64,000 nucleotides of DNA from Clostridiales bacterium (GCA_015069425.1 SVIP01000002.1:102048-166047); one strand, 5' to 3'; counted from the first letter of the stretch, positions 54,543 to 63,892 are shown. Translations and numbers: made by a program. The notes: generated by a model from the sequence alone, not told the origin.

Positions 54543-54604
54543 CTGAGTCTGCCTCCTAAATAGTTTTTTTATATTGTATCACAAACTTTTAAGTTTGTAA
54601 ACAA

Positions 54605-55492
54605 CTAATCTAAAATATTTTTCAGTTCTTGTAAAACCTTTTCTTCTTCAGCGTCTTCTTTTTCGGTATTTCCACCTTTTTTGAAGTTTAACCTATCCAC
54701 AGGGAAGTCTTTATAAACTTCACTTCCATCGCCTTTACTGATTTTAACTTTAGAAATAAGTTTTAACATATCGTTTGAAACGACCACGCCGTCACCCTCT
54801 GGTGTGCCGACTGTTCCGCCAACTTTGGGCATCTTTTTATAAACTTCAGAATAGTAGTCGTTTTCATATTCTAAGCAACACATAAGTCTTCCACATAATC
54901 CACTAATCTTACCGGGATTTAAGTGCAAACCTTGCGTTTTTGCCATTTTTATAGAAACTTTTCCAAACTCACTAATACAACTTGCACAACAGCACGTTCT
55001 TCCGCAAGGTGCAATCCCACCAAGTAGTTTAGTTTCGTCACGAATTCCTATTTGACGAAGTTCTATTCGCAAATGGAAACGAGCCGCCAAAACCTTAACC
55101 AGTTCTCTAAAGTCTACTCTTCCGTCAGAAGTAAAGAAGAACACTAATTTTTTCCCGTCAAACGCATATTCGCAACCGATTAACTTCATATCGAGTTTTA
55201 ACTCATTAATTTTGCTCTCGGCATATTCCATTGCTTCTGGAATTTTCTTTTCGTTATCCTTAACGGTCTTTTCGTCCTTTTCGGTAGCCTTTCTAAGAAT
55301 AGGTTTTAATGGGTGTACGATATCTTTATCATCCACTTCCTTAAGCCCGAAAACAATCGTTCCATATTCTAAACCCTTTGCCGTTTCCACAACGACACCG
55401 GTTTTTTCTTTATAATCGTCCTGCCCCTCTATAGGAGCAAAATAATATACTTTGGCGGTGTTCTTAAATTTTACGCCTATAACTTTTGCCAT
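54605..55492 (-). CDS. ricT: PSP1-domain protein RicT (YaaT)
   Basis: 295 aa with the Cys cluster CGRTCCC...CGRLMCCL. Synteny after holB. Confidence 0.85.
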   Translation of the reverse strand: MAKVIGVKFKNTAKVYYFAPIEGQDDYKEKTGVVVETAKGLEYGTIVFGLKEVDDKDIVHPLKPILRKATEKDEKTVKDNEKKIPEAMEYAESKINELKLDMKLIGCEYAFDGKKLVFFFTSDGRVDFRELVKVLAARFHLRIELRQIGIRDETKLLGGIAPCGRTCCCASCISEFGKVSIKMAKTQGLHLNPGKISGLCGRLMCCLEYENDYYSEVYKKMPKVGGTVGTPEGDGVVVSNDMLKLISKVKISKGDGSEVYKDFPVDRLNFKKGGNTEKEDAEEEKVLQELKNILD

Positions 55493-56460
55493 TTATATTT
55501 CCCCTCCAAAATTTTGAGTAGCAACCATTCTAAAAGCATGGTAGCGTTCACGTTAAATTTTCTGCGACGATGCGCTTCCCCTATACTCTCTAGTGCAAAT
55601 ATTATTGCTCCGCTAGAAAAATTTTCCGCATTTTTTACTCTATTTAATGCTGTTAAATTCCCAACTAGCCCCTCTTCCCCTTGTGCTTTAACAAGCATAT
55701 CTCTAAGTTTAAGTTCAAAGACGGACAAAAAGGTATCCATGTCGCACTTTGACGCTGTAATTTTCGTAGAAAATCTTAAAACGTCGCTACTGCTTTTCAT
55801 ATCCACGATAATTTCTTCTATTAACGCAGAAACTTCTTTTAACTTTTCATCTGAATAGTTTAGTACCGCTTGTCCTAAAGTTCCATCGCCACAAAAAATC
55901 GCTTCTTTTAGTCTTTCGGTATCCGTAAATTCTTCCTTAAGTACGCTAAATAATTTTTGGTGCGTAAACGTAGGAATTTCAAGTTTTTTAACCCTTGATT
56001 TTACCGTCGGTAAAATAGGAAACTCACTCGTTGCCCCAATAAATATATGTACGTTTTGGGGCGGTTCTTCTAGCGTTTTTAAAAGTTTGTTTTGCGCTTG
56101 CACGGTCATTGATTCAGCGTGACTTAAAATAAATATTTTCTTATCACTCTCTAAAGGCTTAACAAAACTTTCCTCTATTAATTGGTTAACTTCTTCACTA
56201 ACGATACTGTCCCCGTTTTTAGGATAAACGATTACGTCGGAAAAAGCATCCTTTTGTATTAAAGTACACGCACGACATTTTCCACAAGGAAAACTCTCCT
56301 TGCATACGGCAAGACTTGCAAAAATCTTTAGGTATTCAGTCAAATTCTCCCCGTCAGCAGTTAAAATAAGGTAGGCGTGAGAAAGTTTATTGCTCTCCAC
56401 GTCCCCTTTAACTGTGTTAAAAGCCGTTGTGTCTTTTATTAAATCAATAAGGTTTATCAT
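55477..56460 (-). CDS. holB: DNA polymerase III subunit delta'
   Basis: 327 aa. SHAYLI, zinc module CGKCRAC, and LLKTLEEPP. Confidence 0.85.
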   Translation of the reverse strand: MINLIDLIKDTTAFNTVKGDVESNKLSHAYLILTADGENLTEYLKIFASLAVCKESFPCGKCRACTLIQKDAFSDVIVYPKNGDSIVSEEVNQLIEESFVKPLESDKKIFILSHAESMTVQAQNKLLKTLEEPPQNVHIFIGATSEFPILPTVKSRVKKLEIPTFTHQKLFSVLKEEFTDTERLKEAIFCGDGTLGQAVLNYSDEKLKEVSALIEEIIVDMKSSSDVLRFSTKITASKCDMDTFLSVFELKLRDMLVKAQGEEGLVGNLTALNRVKNAENFSSGAIIFALESIGEAHRRRKFNVNATMLLEWLLLKILEGKYKWQKL

Positions 56461-57080
56461 ATAATACCCTTTTGTTTAAGAGCAGTAATAATCTTTTGAT
56501 GCGTTTGTTCTTTTTCCCCGCTCGCATCTATAACGATAAATCGGTCAGAATAACGCTTAGAAAGTTCAACGTACCCACCGTAAACCTTGTTATGGAATTC
56601 CATGCCAGAAAGTTCTAGTCTATCGTTTTTATCAACGCCACCTTTTCTTAAAAAGGCTTGTTCGGGCGGTAAATCTAAAAATAGCGTATAGTCGGGCATA
56701 AAGTTTTCTATTGCGTAACTGTTGATTTTTTCCACAAAGTCAACACCCAAACCTCTTGCGTAACCTTGATATGCAAAAGAAGAGTCGATATACCTATCGC
56801 AAAGCACTAACTCTCCCCTATCAAGACGGGGTTTGATTTCCTTTTCAAGCAATTGAACTCGTGCTGCGGCGTATAAAAGCGCCTCACAGCCGTCGCACAT
56901 ATCCACGTTTTTGCCGTCAAGAATAACTGAACGGATTTGTTCAGATACGCCCGTTCCACCAGGTTCACGGGTTAAAAAATATTCTATTTTATTTGCTTTT
57001 AAATATTCTTCTAATAGGTGGATTTGACGGGATTTCCCAACGCCCTCGCACCCCTCGAAGGTGATAAATTTTCCTTTCAT
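56457..57080 (-). CDS. tmk: Thymidylate kinase
   Basis: 207 aa. FEGCEGVGKS P-loop, TREPGGT and DRY motifs. Confidence 0.95.
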   Translation of the reverse strand: MKGKFITFEGCEGVGKSRQIHLLEEYLKANKIEYFLTREPGGTGVSEQIRSVILDGKNVDMCDGCEALLYAAARVQLLEKEIKPRLDRGELVLCDRYIDSSFAYQGYARGLGVDFVEKINSYAIENFMPDYTLFLDLPPEQAFLRKGGVDKNDRLELSGMEFHNKVYGGYVELSKRYSDRFIVIDASGEKEQTHQKIITALKQKGII

Positions 57081-57088
57081 ATTTCCCT

Positions 57089-58099
57089 CTAATCGAGAAG
57101 GGTACTACAATCCCTTACGATTTGGTTAATAAAACTGATTGTTTCATACTGCAAATGCGGTTGGTCGGAACGGAAGTTAAACACCATTGCAACAACGTCG
57201 TCAGCCGTTTCGCTACCCGACAACCTAAAATATTTGGACGGATCGTTTTTATTCGCACCGCCTTTTAATGCGGAAAGGCGAAGAGCGTACGGAACGTTCT
57301 CTCTTCCCTCTTCTTTTTCTCTCTCTACTGCAGTTTGGTACTGACCTTTATACTTGGTGTCGCCTTCTAGTTCAAACGATTGCTCATAACGAGTATAGTT
57401 GTAAAAGAGTTCAGGATATTCGCTAGATAAAGACAAAAGATAAGAAAAGTCCTTTACTTCTTCGCATAAATCTTTTAAGCGTTGCTCTTCAAGTTTAATA
57501 CCCTCTTGTATTTGCTCTTCATTGCGGAAACGATTATCCTTTTTCATCCTTTGACGGAAAGTACTTTCTATCTTTTCTTTGCTGAGCATATCAAAGGTGA
57601 TTTCCTCGTCCACAGTCACTCCGTCGGGCAAAAACCCTTTAAGATAACTAATTGCATCGTCTCGCAAGGTTGTAAACGCATAACCGTAATAATTGTCGAT
57701 AAGAGTTTTTACCCTTATTTCCTTGCTCGTGTTCTCGTCCGCTCCCTCTTTTTTAGTGTAATCCACACAATCGGTAAACATGACGTCACCCTCTTTGATA
57801 GAAAGTCTTGCACTCAAAATTTGATTGCTGTCTTTGGTTAAAGATTCCGAGTCAAAACTTAACACGTCATAACTGAGTGTCTCATTATCAATAATCATTT
57901 GATAAAAAGCCGAACTCCCTCCCGAATCAAGATTGTAGTCATAGTAGAACTTAAATTCTTGACCTACACTAAGTCTCACCGAGGCAACCGTATATACGAA
58001 TTCCCAAACGACGATTGCGACCACAGCGATAATTATCATTGTAATCCACTCGTACGCAAGGAAATCCGATAATCTTCTTTTTGTTAATTTGTTATCCAT
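57089..58099 (-). CDS. Hypothetical signal-anchored (extracytoplasmic) protein
   Basis: 336 aa. One N-terminal TM helix, then an acidic soluble domain. No recognisable motif. Tightly packed between lysS and tmk. Confidence 0.55.
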   Translation of the reverse strand: MDNKLTKRRLSDFLAYEWITMIIIAVVAIVVWEFVYTVASVRLSVGQEFKFYYDYNLDSGGSSAFYQMIIDNETLSYDVLSFDSESLTKDSNQILSARLSIKEGDVMFTDCVDYTKKEGADENTSKEIRVKTLIDNYYGYAFTTLRDDAISYLKGFLPDGVTVDEEITFDMLSKEKIESTFRQRMKKDNRFRNEEQIQEGIKLEEQRLKDLCEEVKDFSYLLSLSSEYPELFYNYTRYEQSFELEGDTKYKGQYQTAVEREKEEGRENVPYALRLSALKGGANKNDPSKYFRLSGSETADDVVAMVFNFRSDQPHLQYETISFINQIVRDCSTLLD

Positions 58100-58110
58100 T
58101 TTGTCCCTTA

Positions 58111-59613
58111 TTATTTTTTAATAGGCTTCATTGTTGGGAATAAAATTACGTCTCTTATTGACGCACTGTCGGTGAGGAGCATAACTAATCTATCCACACC
58201 AAAACCTAAACCGCCCGTAGGAGGAAGTCCGTATTCTAATGCGGTTACGAAATCTTCGTCCACCTTAGCATCGTTTCCGCCCTTAGCACGCTTTGCCTCA
58301 ACTTGCTTAATAAATCTTTCTTTTTGGTCGATTGGGTCGTTAAGTTCTGAGAAAGCGTTACCCATTTCTCTTGCGTAAATGAAGTATTCAAATCTTTCGG
58401 TAAACGCAGGATTACTTGGTTTACGCTTAGCAAGTGGAGAGTTTTCTACTGGGTAGTCGTAAATAATGGTAGGTTGAACGAGTTTTTCTTCAACAAACGC
58501 ATCAAAGAACGCAATGAGAACGTGACCTTTAGTCGCCTCGTCACCCTCTTCAACTTCTACGTTCATTTTCTTGGCAACTGCTCTTGCCTCTTCGTCACTA
58601 TTCCAGTCGTTATAGTCTACACCAGCGTACTTTTTAACAGCCTCAACCATGGTAAGTCTTTCCCACTTTTTGCCCATGTCGATGTCTACGCCTTGATAGG
58701 TGATTTTGTCCGTTCCACAAACTTGTATGGTTATGTTGCGATACATATCTTCGATAAGGTTCATCATATCGAAGTAATCGCTATATGCTTGATACATTTC
58801 AACGGTAGTGAACTCTGGGTTGTGTGAACGGTCCATACCTTCATTACGGAAAATTCTGCCTACTTCGTAAACCTTGTCAAACCCACCAACGATAAGTCTC
58901 TTTAGGTAGAGTTCGGTTTCTATACGCAAATACATATCTATATCAAGCGCATTGTGATGAGTCTTAAACGGTCTTGCTGCCGCACCTATTTCTAAAGGTT
59001 GAAGAACGGGCGTGTCAACTTCTAAATAGCCAACGCCGTCAAGATAACTTCTAATTGCCGACATTATTTTAGAACGCATAACAAAAGTCTTTTTAACTTC
59101 TGGATTTGCGATTAAGTCAACTTCTCTTTGACGATATCTAGTATCTTCGTCCTTTAATCCGTGATATTTTTCAGGGAGTGGTAAAAGCGACTTAGATAAG
59201 AGTTCAATAGAGTGTGCGTGGATTGATATTTCGCCCGTACGGGTTGTAAATACCAAACCTTTAATACCAACGATATCGCCTATATCGTATTCTTTGAACG
59301 CAAGATATTCGTCCCCCAAATCGTTTATAGAAAGGTAAGATTGAATAGTGCCTTTACCATCTAAAATAACGGCAAACGACGCTTTACCCATAATACGCTT
59401 AGAGATAAGTCTACCGGCAATACCAACTTCTTTGCCCTCGTATTCAGCATAATTGTCTTTAATGTCTTGACTGTAAGCGTCTCTATCGTATCTAACCTTT
59501 TCAAAAGGGTTCTTGCCAGACGCAATAAGTGCGTCGAGTTTTTCACGTCTTACCCTTAAAATTTCATTTAAATCCTGTTCTTGCATTTCAGGAACGTTCT
59601 TAATTTCTTCCAT
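58111..59613 (-). CDS. lysS: Lysine--tRNA ligase, class II
   Basis: 500 aa with an OB anticodon-binding domain and class II motifs (FRNEG, GLGFGVDRL). Confidence 0.95.
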   Translation of the reverse strand: MEEIKNVPEMQEQDLNEILRVRREKLDALIASGKNPFEKVRYDRDAYSQDIKDNYAEYEGKEVGIAGRLISKRIMGKASFAVILDGKGTIQSYLSINDLGDEYLAFKEYDIGDIVGIKGLVFTTRTGEISIHAHSIELLSKSLLPLPEKYHGLKDEDTRYRQREVDLIANPEVKKTFVMRSKIMSAIRSYLDGVGYLEVDTPVLQPLEIGAAARPFKTHHNALDIDMYLRIETELYLKRLIVGGFDKVYEVGRIFRNEGMDRSHNPEFTTVEMYQAYSDYFDMMNLIEDMYRNITIQVCGTDKITYQGVDIDMGKKWERLTMVEAVKKYAGVDYNDWNSDEEARAVAKKMNVEVEEGDEATKGHVLIAFFDAFVEEKLVQPTIIYDYPVENSPLAKRKPSNPAFTERFEYFIYAREMGNAFSELNDPIDQKERFIKQVEAKRAKGGNDAKVDEDFVTALEYGLPPTGGLGFGVDRLVMLLTDSASIRDVILFPTMKPIKK

Positions 59614-59630
59614 AATTTCTTCCTTAAATA

Positions 59631-60098
59631 TTAGTAAACTTTTTTAACTGTGATGGTAACGATACCAGCAGGAACAGAAACGTTAATGGTATCCCCTGCT
59701 TTATGCCCTAAAAGTGCGTTGCCGATAGGAGATTCGTTAGAAATTCTGCCTTGTTCAACGTCTGCCTCGGTTGTACCGACGATTTCGTAAGTTAAAAGTT
59801 CTTTGGTTTCTTCATCTACAAAATCAACCTTGCTACCGAGTGAAACAGTGCCCTTTTTAGCACCGTCTTTTATGATAACGGCATATTTTAATTTGTTTTC
59901 AATTTCGAGAATTTCACCCTCAATCATTGCTTGTTCGTTTTTAGCAGCATCGTATTCAGCGTTTTCTGATAAGTCACCGAATTCTCTTGCCGTTTTAATT
60001 CTTTCGGTAATTTCCGCACGTTTTTCCACCTTTAAGTATTCAAGGCGTTTCTCCAGTTCTTCTTTACCTTCTTTTGTAAGTATTACTTCTTCTGCCAT
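59631..60098 (-). CDS. greA: Transcription elongation factor GreA
   Basis: 155 aa with the acidic coiled-coil tip DLSENAEYDAAK. Confidence 0.95.
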   Translation of the reverse strand: MAEEVILTKEGKEELEKRLEYLKVEKRAEITERIKTAREFGDLSENAEYDAAKNEQAMIEGEILEIENKLKYAVIIKDGAKKGTVSLGSKVDFVDEETKELLTYEIVGTTEADVEQGRISNESPIGNALLGHKAGDTINVSVPAGIVTITVKKVY

Positions 60099-60195
60099 AA
60101 ATATGACCTCCGTACAATTATTCCTTTTATTTTTCTTTTATTTTGGAGCATTGCTTTTAAAAAGCATACTCCCACTATATATTTTAAGTTTAAAT

Positions 60196-60224
60196 ATTAT
60201 AATATATATAAAGCACTTTGTCAA
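60196..60224 (-). promoter_or_regulatory. Consensus sigma-A promoter of greA-lysS (TTGACA, 17 nt, TATAAT)
   Basis: Minus-strand hexamers at 60224-60219 and 60201-60196. Confidence 0.65.
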
Positions 60225-60318
60225 CTCTCTTCGTACCCCTTAACGCCCTTAAAAGGGGTTTAAGTAAAGTTTTTTTGAAAAAAAACTAAAATTTTTTGAA
60301 AAATTTTTTCAAAACCCC

Positions 60319-60346
60319 TTGACAAACGATTTTTTTGTGATATACT
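60319..60346 (+). promoter_or_regulatory. Orphan promoter (TTGACA, 16 nt, TGA-TATACT extended -10)
   Basis: Hexamers at 60319-60324 and 60341-60346. No annotated gene lies downstream before the terminator at 60436. Confidence 0.5.
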
Positions 60347-60352
60347 ATAATC

Positions 60353-60479
60353 CGTCGAAAGGCTAAATTTGAATGTTTTTACTATCTTTAAGCGGTTTTT
60401 ACCGCACAATTGATATGATTCCGAATAATATATGAGAAGAAGGTTGCTAAAGTAGCAACCTTCTTCATTTTAAATTTTT
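60353..60479 (+). ncRNA. Candidate small RNA (~125 nt) or 20-codon sORF transcript
   Basis: Bounded by the orphan promoter and a 14-bp terminator hairpin with a T-run. Contains the hairpin GCGGT-TTTT-ACCGC and a possible sORF MFLLSLSGFYRTIDMIPNNI (60373-60435) with a weak RBS. Confidence 0.3.
60436..60479. terminator. Bidirectional intrinsic terminator
   Basis: GAAGAAGGTTGCTA-AAG-TAGCAACCTTCTTC followed by ATTTTAAATTTTT. Confidence 0.75.
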
Positions 60480-60502
60480 CAACTTTCAATAAACCGTGTG
60501 GC

Positions 60503-60649
60503 TTATTCTTTTTCAGAGTAGTTTCCGCAACAAGTGCAAGCATCACCACAACCGCAAGTTACTTTAATGCTTGAAAGTTGGCAATACTCACCTGTTGAAT
60601 TGTGTTTACAGCCAGTTACGTCACATTTAATACAATAATTCTTTTCCAT
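60503..60649 (-). CDS. DUF1540-like small Cys-rich protein (48 aa)
   Basis: Hand-translated MEKNYCIKCDVTGCKHNSTGEYCQLSSIKVTCGCGDACTCCGNYSEKE. RBS AGGAG. The C.V..C.....G.YC....I.V pattern is typical of DUF1540. Below the ORF-track cutoff. Confidence 0.6.
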   Translation of the reverse strand: MEKNYCIKCDVTGCKHNSTGEYCQLSSIKVTCGCGDACTCCGNYSEKE

Positions 60650-60704
60650 AATTCACTCCTTTAACCTTATTATGCGATAATTTAAAATTTTCTATACAGT
60701 ACTA

Positions 60705-60733
60705 TTGACTTTTTATAACTTTTAAAGTAAAAT
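60705..60733 (+). promoter_or_regulatory. Sigma-A promoter of rplI (TTGACT, 17 nt, TAAAAT)
   Basis: Hexamers at 60705-60710 and 60728-60733. Confidence 0.55.
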
Positions 60734-60760
60734 ATTTAAAAACAGTTTTAGGAGTACAAG

Positions 60761-61201
60761 ATGAAAGTCGTTTTATTAAAAGACGTTAAAGGCTCGGGAA
60801 AAGCGGGCGATATAATTGAGGCTAAAGACGGGTTTGCGCAAAACTTTTTAATTAAAAAAGGGCTTGCTAAACCTGCGGACAATCAAGCGCTTAATGAAAA
60901 TAAGGCGCAAAAACAAGCACAAGAATTTCACAGACAAGAGCAACTTAAATTTAACAAAGAACTTCGTGAAAAGTTAGACGGTATCAGCGTTACAATTCAA
61001 GTTAAAAGTGGTGCTGGCGGTAAATTTTTCGGTAGCGTTACCAACAAAGAAGTTGCAGATAAACTTTTTGAACTCGGTTTTGATATTGACAAAAAGAAAA
61101 TTACCGTTCCAAACGGCATTAAAACTGCTGGAACTTACCCTGTAACTATCAGAATTTCCGCAGAAGAAACTGCAAAAATCTCAGTTGATATTATCAACTA
61201 A
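60761..61201 (+). CDS. rplI: 50S ribosomal protein L9
   Basis: 146 aa. [36 protein letters not shown] is a canonical L9 N-terminus. Confidence 0.95.
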   Translation: MKVVLLKDVKGSGKAGDIIEAKDGFAQNFLIKKGLAKPADNQALNENKAQKQAQEFHRQEQLKFNKELREKLDGISVTIQVKSGAGGKFFGSVTNKEVADKLFELGFDIDKKKITVPNGIKTAGTYPVTIRISAEETAKISVDIIN

Positions 61202-61224
61202 TTAATCAAACCAATCAACTAAAC

Positions 61225-61265
61225 GCCCCCGTTCAACGATTGTTGAACGGGGGCTAACTTTTTTA
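61225..61265. terminator. Intrinsic terminator (rplI / convergent glycosyltransferase)
   Basis: GCCCCCGTTCAAC-GATT-GTTGAACGGGGGC followed by TAACTTTTTT. Confidence 0.8.
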
Positions 61266-62393
61266 TTTAATTTTCTTTTTCTCAATTTCCTCTTTATAAA
61301 TATCTAAATATTCTTCCGAAACTTTATCCCAAGTCACAACAACCGTCTTGGCGTTTTTTCCAACCGTGTGCAACTTTTCTCTATCTTCCATTAACTCATC
61401 AATTTTTTTAGCGACTGCTTTTTGGTCGTTTTCAACGATAAACCCCGTCTTGTCATTAGTAAACCGTTCTGAAGACCCAGTTTTTTCTATTACCAAAGAC
61501 GGAGTCTCTCTTTGTGCCGCTTCCATCAACACCAATGCGTCGTTGTCAATTAAACTCGTAAACAAAAATAAATCGCTCTTTCCGTATATCTTTTTAAGTT
61601 GCTCTTTATCGGTTATAGCACCAGTAAAGATTACCTCTTCTCCAAGTCCAAACTTTTTGACAAGTTTTTTAAATTTCTTTTCTTGCGGTCCGCGTCCAAC
61701 GATATAAAAAACAAAATCCGAACGCATTTTTTTAAGTTCTTTTAGGCACTTTAGTGAAAAGGCTATATTTTTATAATCGGCAAGCATTCCCACGAATAAT
61801 AAGGTAAACTTTTCATTTTGTTCTTTTATTATTTCCTTTTCTATAGGTTTTTCAAAGCCGTTTCTAACAATGGTAACTTGTTTGCCTTTAAGTCCGTAAG
61901 ATTTTAGTTCTTCTATCATTTTATAAGAAACCGAACAAACCCTATCCGCCTTATTCGCCCTCTTTATGACGTGAGCAAGTAAAATTTTTACAAAAAGGTT
62001 GATTTTAAGTACGTTTTTATAGCACGCCCTAAAATTAGTATGTACTGTGCAGACAACGGGAATATTGTTCTTCTTTCCGTAAGAATTTGCAAAACCTGCC
62101 ATCATTCCGATAGTATGCGTGTGTAAAATATCAGGCTTAAACTCGTCTAGCACCTTTACTATATTTTTTGTTAAAGAGGGCAACGCCCAACATTCGTTCT
62201 TAGTAAACGCAATGCTTTTCGCCCTAAAAACCTTAAAAGGTAATTGTAGATTTTCTTCATAAGGGCGGTGGTAATCGGGTGCAAAAACCATTACGCTATG
62301 CTCTTTTGAGAGTTCTTTTGCAAGTCGCAAAACAACGTTTTCCGTTCCCCCAATACCAGGCAAAAAGCTATCAGTAAATAAGGCTATTTTCAT
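61263..62393 (-). CDS. GT4-family (GT-B fold) glycosyltransferase
   Basis: 376 aa. N-terminus KIALFTDSFLPGIGGTENVV and a C-terminal EX7E-like region (LMEAAQRETP). Confidence 0.8.
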   Translation of the reverse strand: MKIALFTDSFLPGIGGTENVVLRLAKELSKEHSVMVFAPDYHRPYEENLQLPFKVFRAKSIAFTKNECWALPSLTKNIVKVLDEFKPDILHTHTIGMMAGFANSYGKKNNIPVVCTVHTNFRACYKNVLKINLFVKILLAHVIKRANKADRVCSVSYKMIEELKSYGLKGKQVTIVRNGFEKPIEKEIIKEQNEKFTLLFVGMLADYKNIAFSLKCLKELKKMRSDFVFYIVGRGPQEKKFKKLVKKFGLGEEVIFTGAITDKEQLKKIYGKSDLFLFTSLIDNDALVLMEAAQRETPSLVIEKTGSSERFTNDKTGFIVENDQKAVAKKIDELMEDREKLHTVGKNAKTVVVTWDKVSEEYLDIYKEEIEKKKIK

Positions 62394-62489
62394 CCGCCGT
62401 CTCCTTAAATAATTTAACTTAATTTTAGTCTATTTTGTATTTTGTTGTCAAGTTTATTTGGTTTTAAAGTGCTAAATTTTTAAATAAGG

Positions 62490-62518
62490 TTGACAAGACC
62501 CCTTTTTTATTCTATAAT
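62490..62518 (+). promoter_or_regulatory. Consensus sigma-A promoter (TTGACA, 17 nt, TATAAT) placed 7 nt before the ATG
   Basis: Hexamers at 62490-62495 and 62513-62518. The ATG is at 62526 with no Shine-Dalgarno sequence in between. Confidence 0.6.
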
Positions 62519-62525
62519 ACAGTCT

Positions 62526-63872
62526 ATGGATACAGACAATCAACAAACACAAACTAAAAAAATTAAAGCGAAAACGAAACTACAACAAGAGCAAAAGGAA
62601 ATTTTACAATCCCTTAATACTCCGCCCGAAAATGAACTTTGTAGCGATTCGGAAATTGTTAAAAACGCTAATTTTGTAGAGCATAAAAGCGATAAGAAAC
62701 TTCGTAAAGAAGATGTTATGGACAGAATGCTCGGCATTAAAAAAGATGAAGAAATAAACAAAAGGCAGAATCTTTTCAAAACAATTTGTACTGTTATCTT
62801 TGTGATTTTCGTGCTTGCCGTGCTCGCTTTTACCGCTTATCACGATTTTTCAGGTAGTGGTGATAGACAGTTCCCTGAGTGGGAAGATTTTAAGGCCCTT
62901 CTAATCCAAGGTTGGAAATTTATATTACTTGCCTTTTTATCTCTCTTTTTTAACTATGTTTTTAAAAGCCTTAAGTTTTCCTTAATGTGCAAATCAGTAA
63001 CAGGCAAGTGGCATTTTAAAACCTGTTTTGAAACAGCGATTATCGGTAACTATTACAATAATATTACCCCTCTTGCTGTTGGCGGTCAACCTTTTGAAAT
63101 TTATCACTTAAGCAAACACGGAATTCATGGTGGTGCAGCCTCTTCTATTCCTATTGCGGCGTTCTTTCTAAACCAATCCGCCTTTGTTATTATCGGTGTT
63201 ATAAGCATTGCTCTCTTTACGAATAATCGCCTAAACATACCTGGCGTTCTTTACAATGCTTTTCCCGACACTTTTAAGGTTATGGCGATTATCGGCGCAA
63301 CGCTTTGCACGATAGTTCCTTTCTTGGTAGTGCTTTTTTGTATGTTACCTAAACTTACCTCTAAACTCGTGCATTTCGTCATGTTTTTAGGCGGTAAATT
63401 AAGAATTGTTAAAGACGCAAAAGGCACAACACTTAAGACTATAAACAACGTTTACCATAACGCAACCTGTATTAAAGGAATTGCAAAAAAACCTTTGGTT
63501 TTTATATCTACAACCATATTAAGTATATTGCAGTATATAGCAAGTCTTTCAATTATTTATTTCGTTTTAAGAGTATTTAACTTTAATATTGAGAATTTTA
63601 ACAGCGTAAAAGGGTGGCTACAAATTTGTCAACTAGGCGCAATGTTACTGCTATCGGTTTCGTTTATTCCAACACCTGGTAACTCTGGCGCTGCCGACCT
63701 ATCGTTTTACGTGTTGTTTGCTGTTGGTCTCCCCGCTGGTTTTGCTTTCCCAGCAATGGTCGTTTGGAGATTGATAAGTTTTTACAGTTATATAATTATA
63801 GGTTTTATCTTTGCTACCCTTAAAAAACGAGCGGATTTAAAAAAGCAAGTAAATGATGCACAAATAAATTAA
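62526..63872 (+). CDS. Flippase-like / lysylphosphatidylglycerol-synthase transmembrane-region family (UPF0104) membrane protein
   Basis: Starts MDTDNQQTQ. Hydrophilic ~90-aa N-terminus, then about 8 TM segments. Divergent from the GT4 gene, a common pairing. The ORF-track TTG at 62490 is the -35 hexamer. Confidence 0.6.
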   Translation: MDTDNQQTQTKKIKAKTKLQQEQKEILQSLNTPPENELCSDSEIVKNANFVEHKSDKKLRKEDVMDRMLGIKKDEEINKRQNLFKTICTVIFVIFVLAVLAFTAYHDFSGSGDRQFPEWEDFKALLIQGWKFILLAFLSLFFNYVFKSLKFSLMCKSVTGKWHFKTCFETAIIGNYYNNITPLAVGGQPFEIYHLSKHGIHGGAASSIPIAAFFLNQSAFVIIGVISIALFTNNRLNIPGVLYNAFPDTFKVMAIIGATLCTIVPFLVVLFCMLPKLTSKLVHFVMFLGGKLRIVKDAKGTTLKTINNVYHNATCIKGIAKKPLVFISTTILSILQYIASLSIIYFVLRVFNFNIENFNSVKGWLQICQLGAMLLLSVSFIPTPGNSGAADLSFYVLFAVGLPAGFAFPAMVVWRLISFYSYIIIGFIFATLKKRADLKKQVNDAQIN

Positions 63873-63892
63873 ACGTAATAAAAAATAATAAA

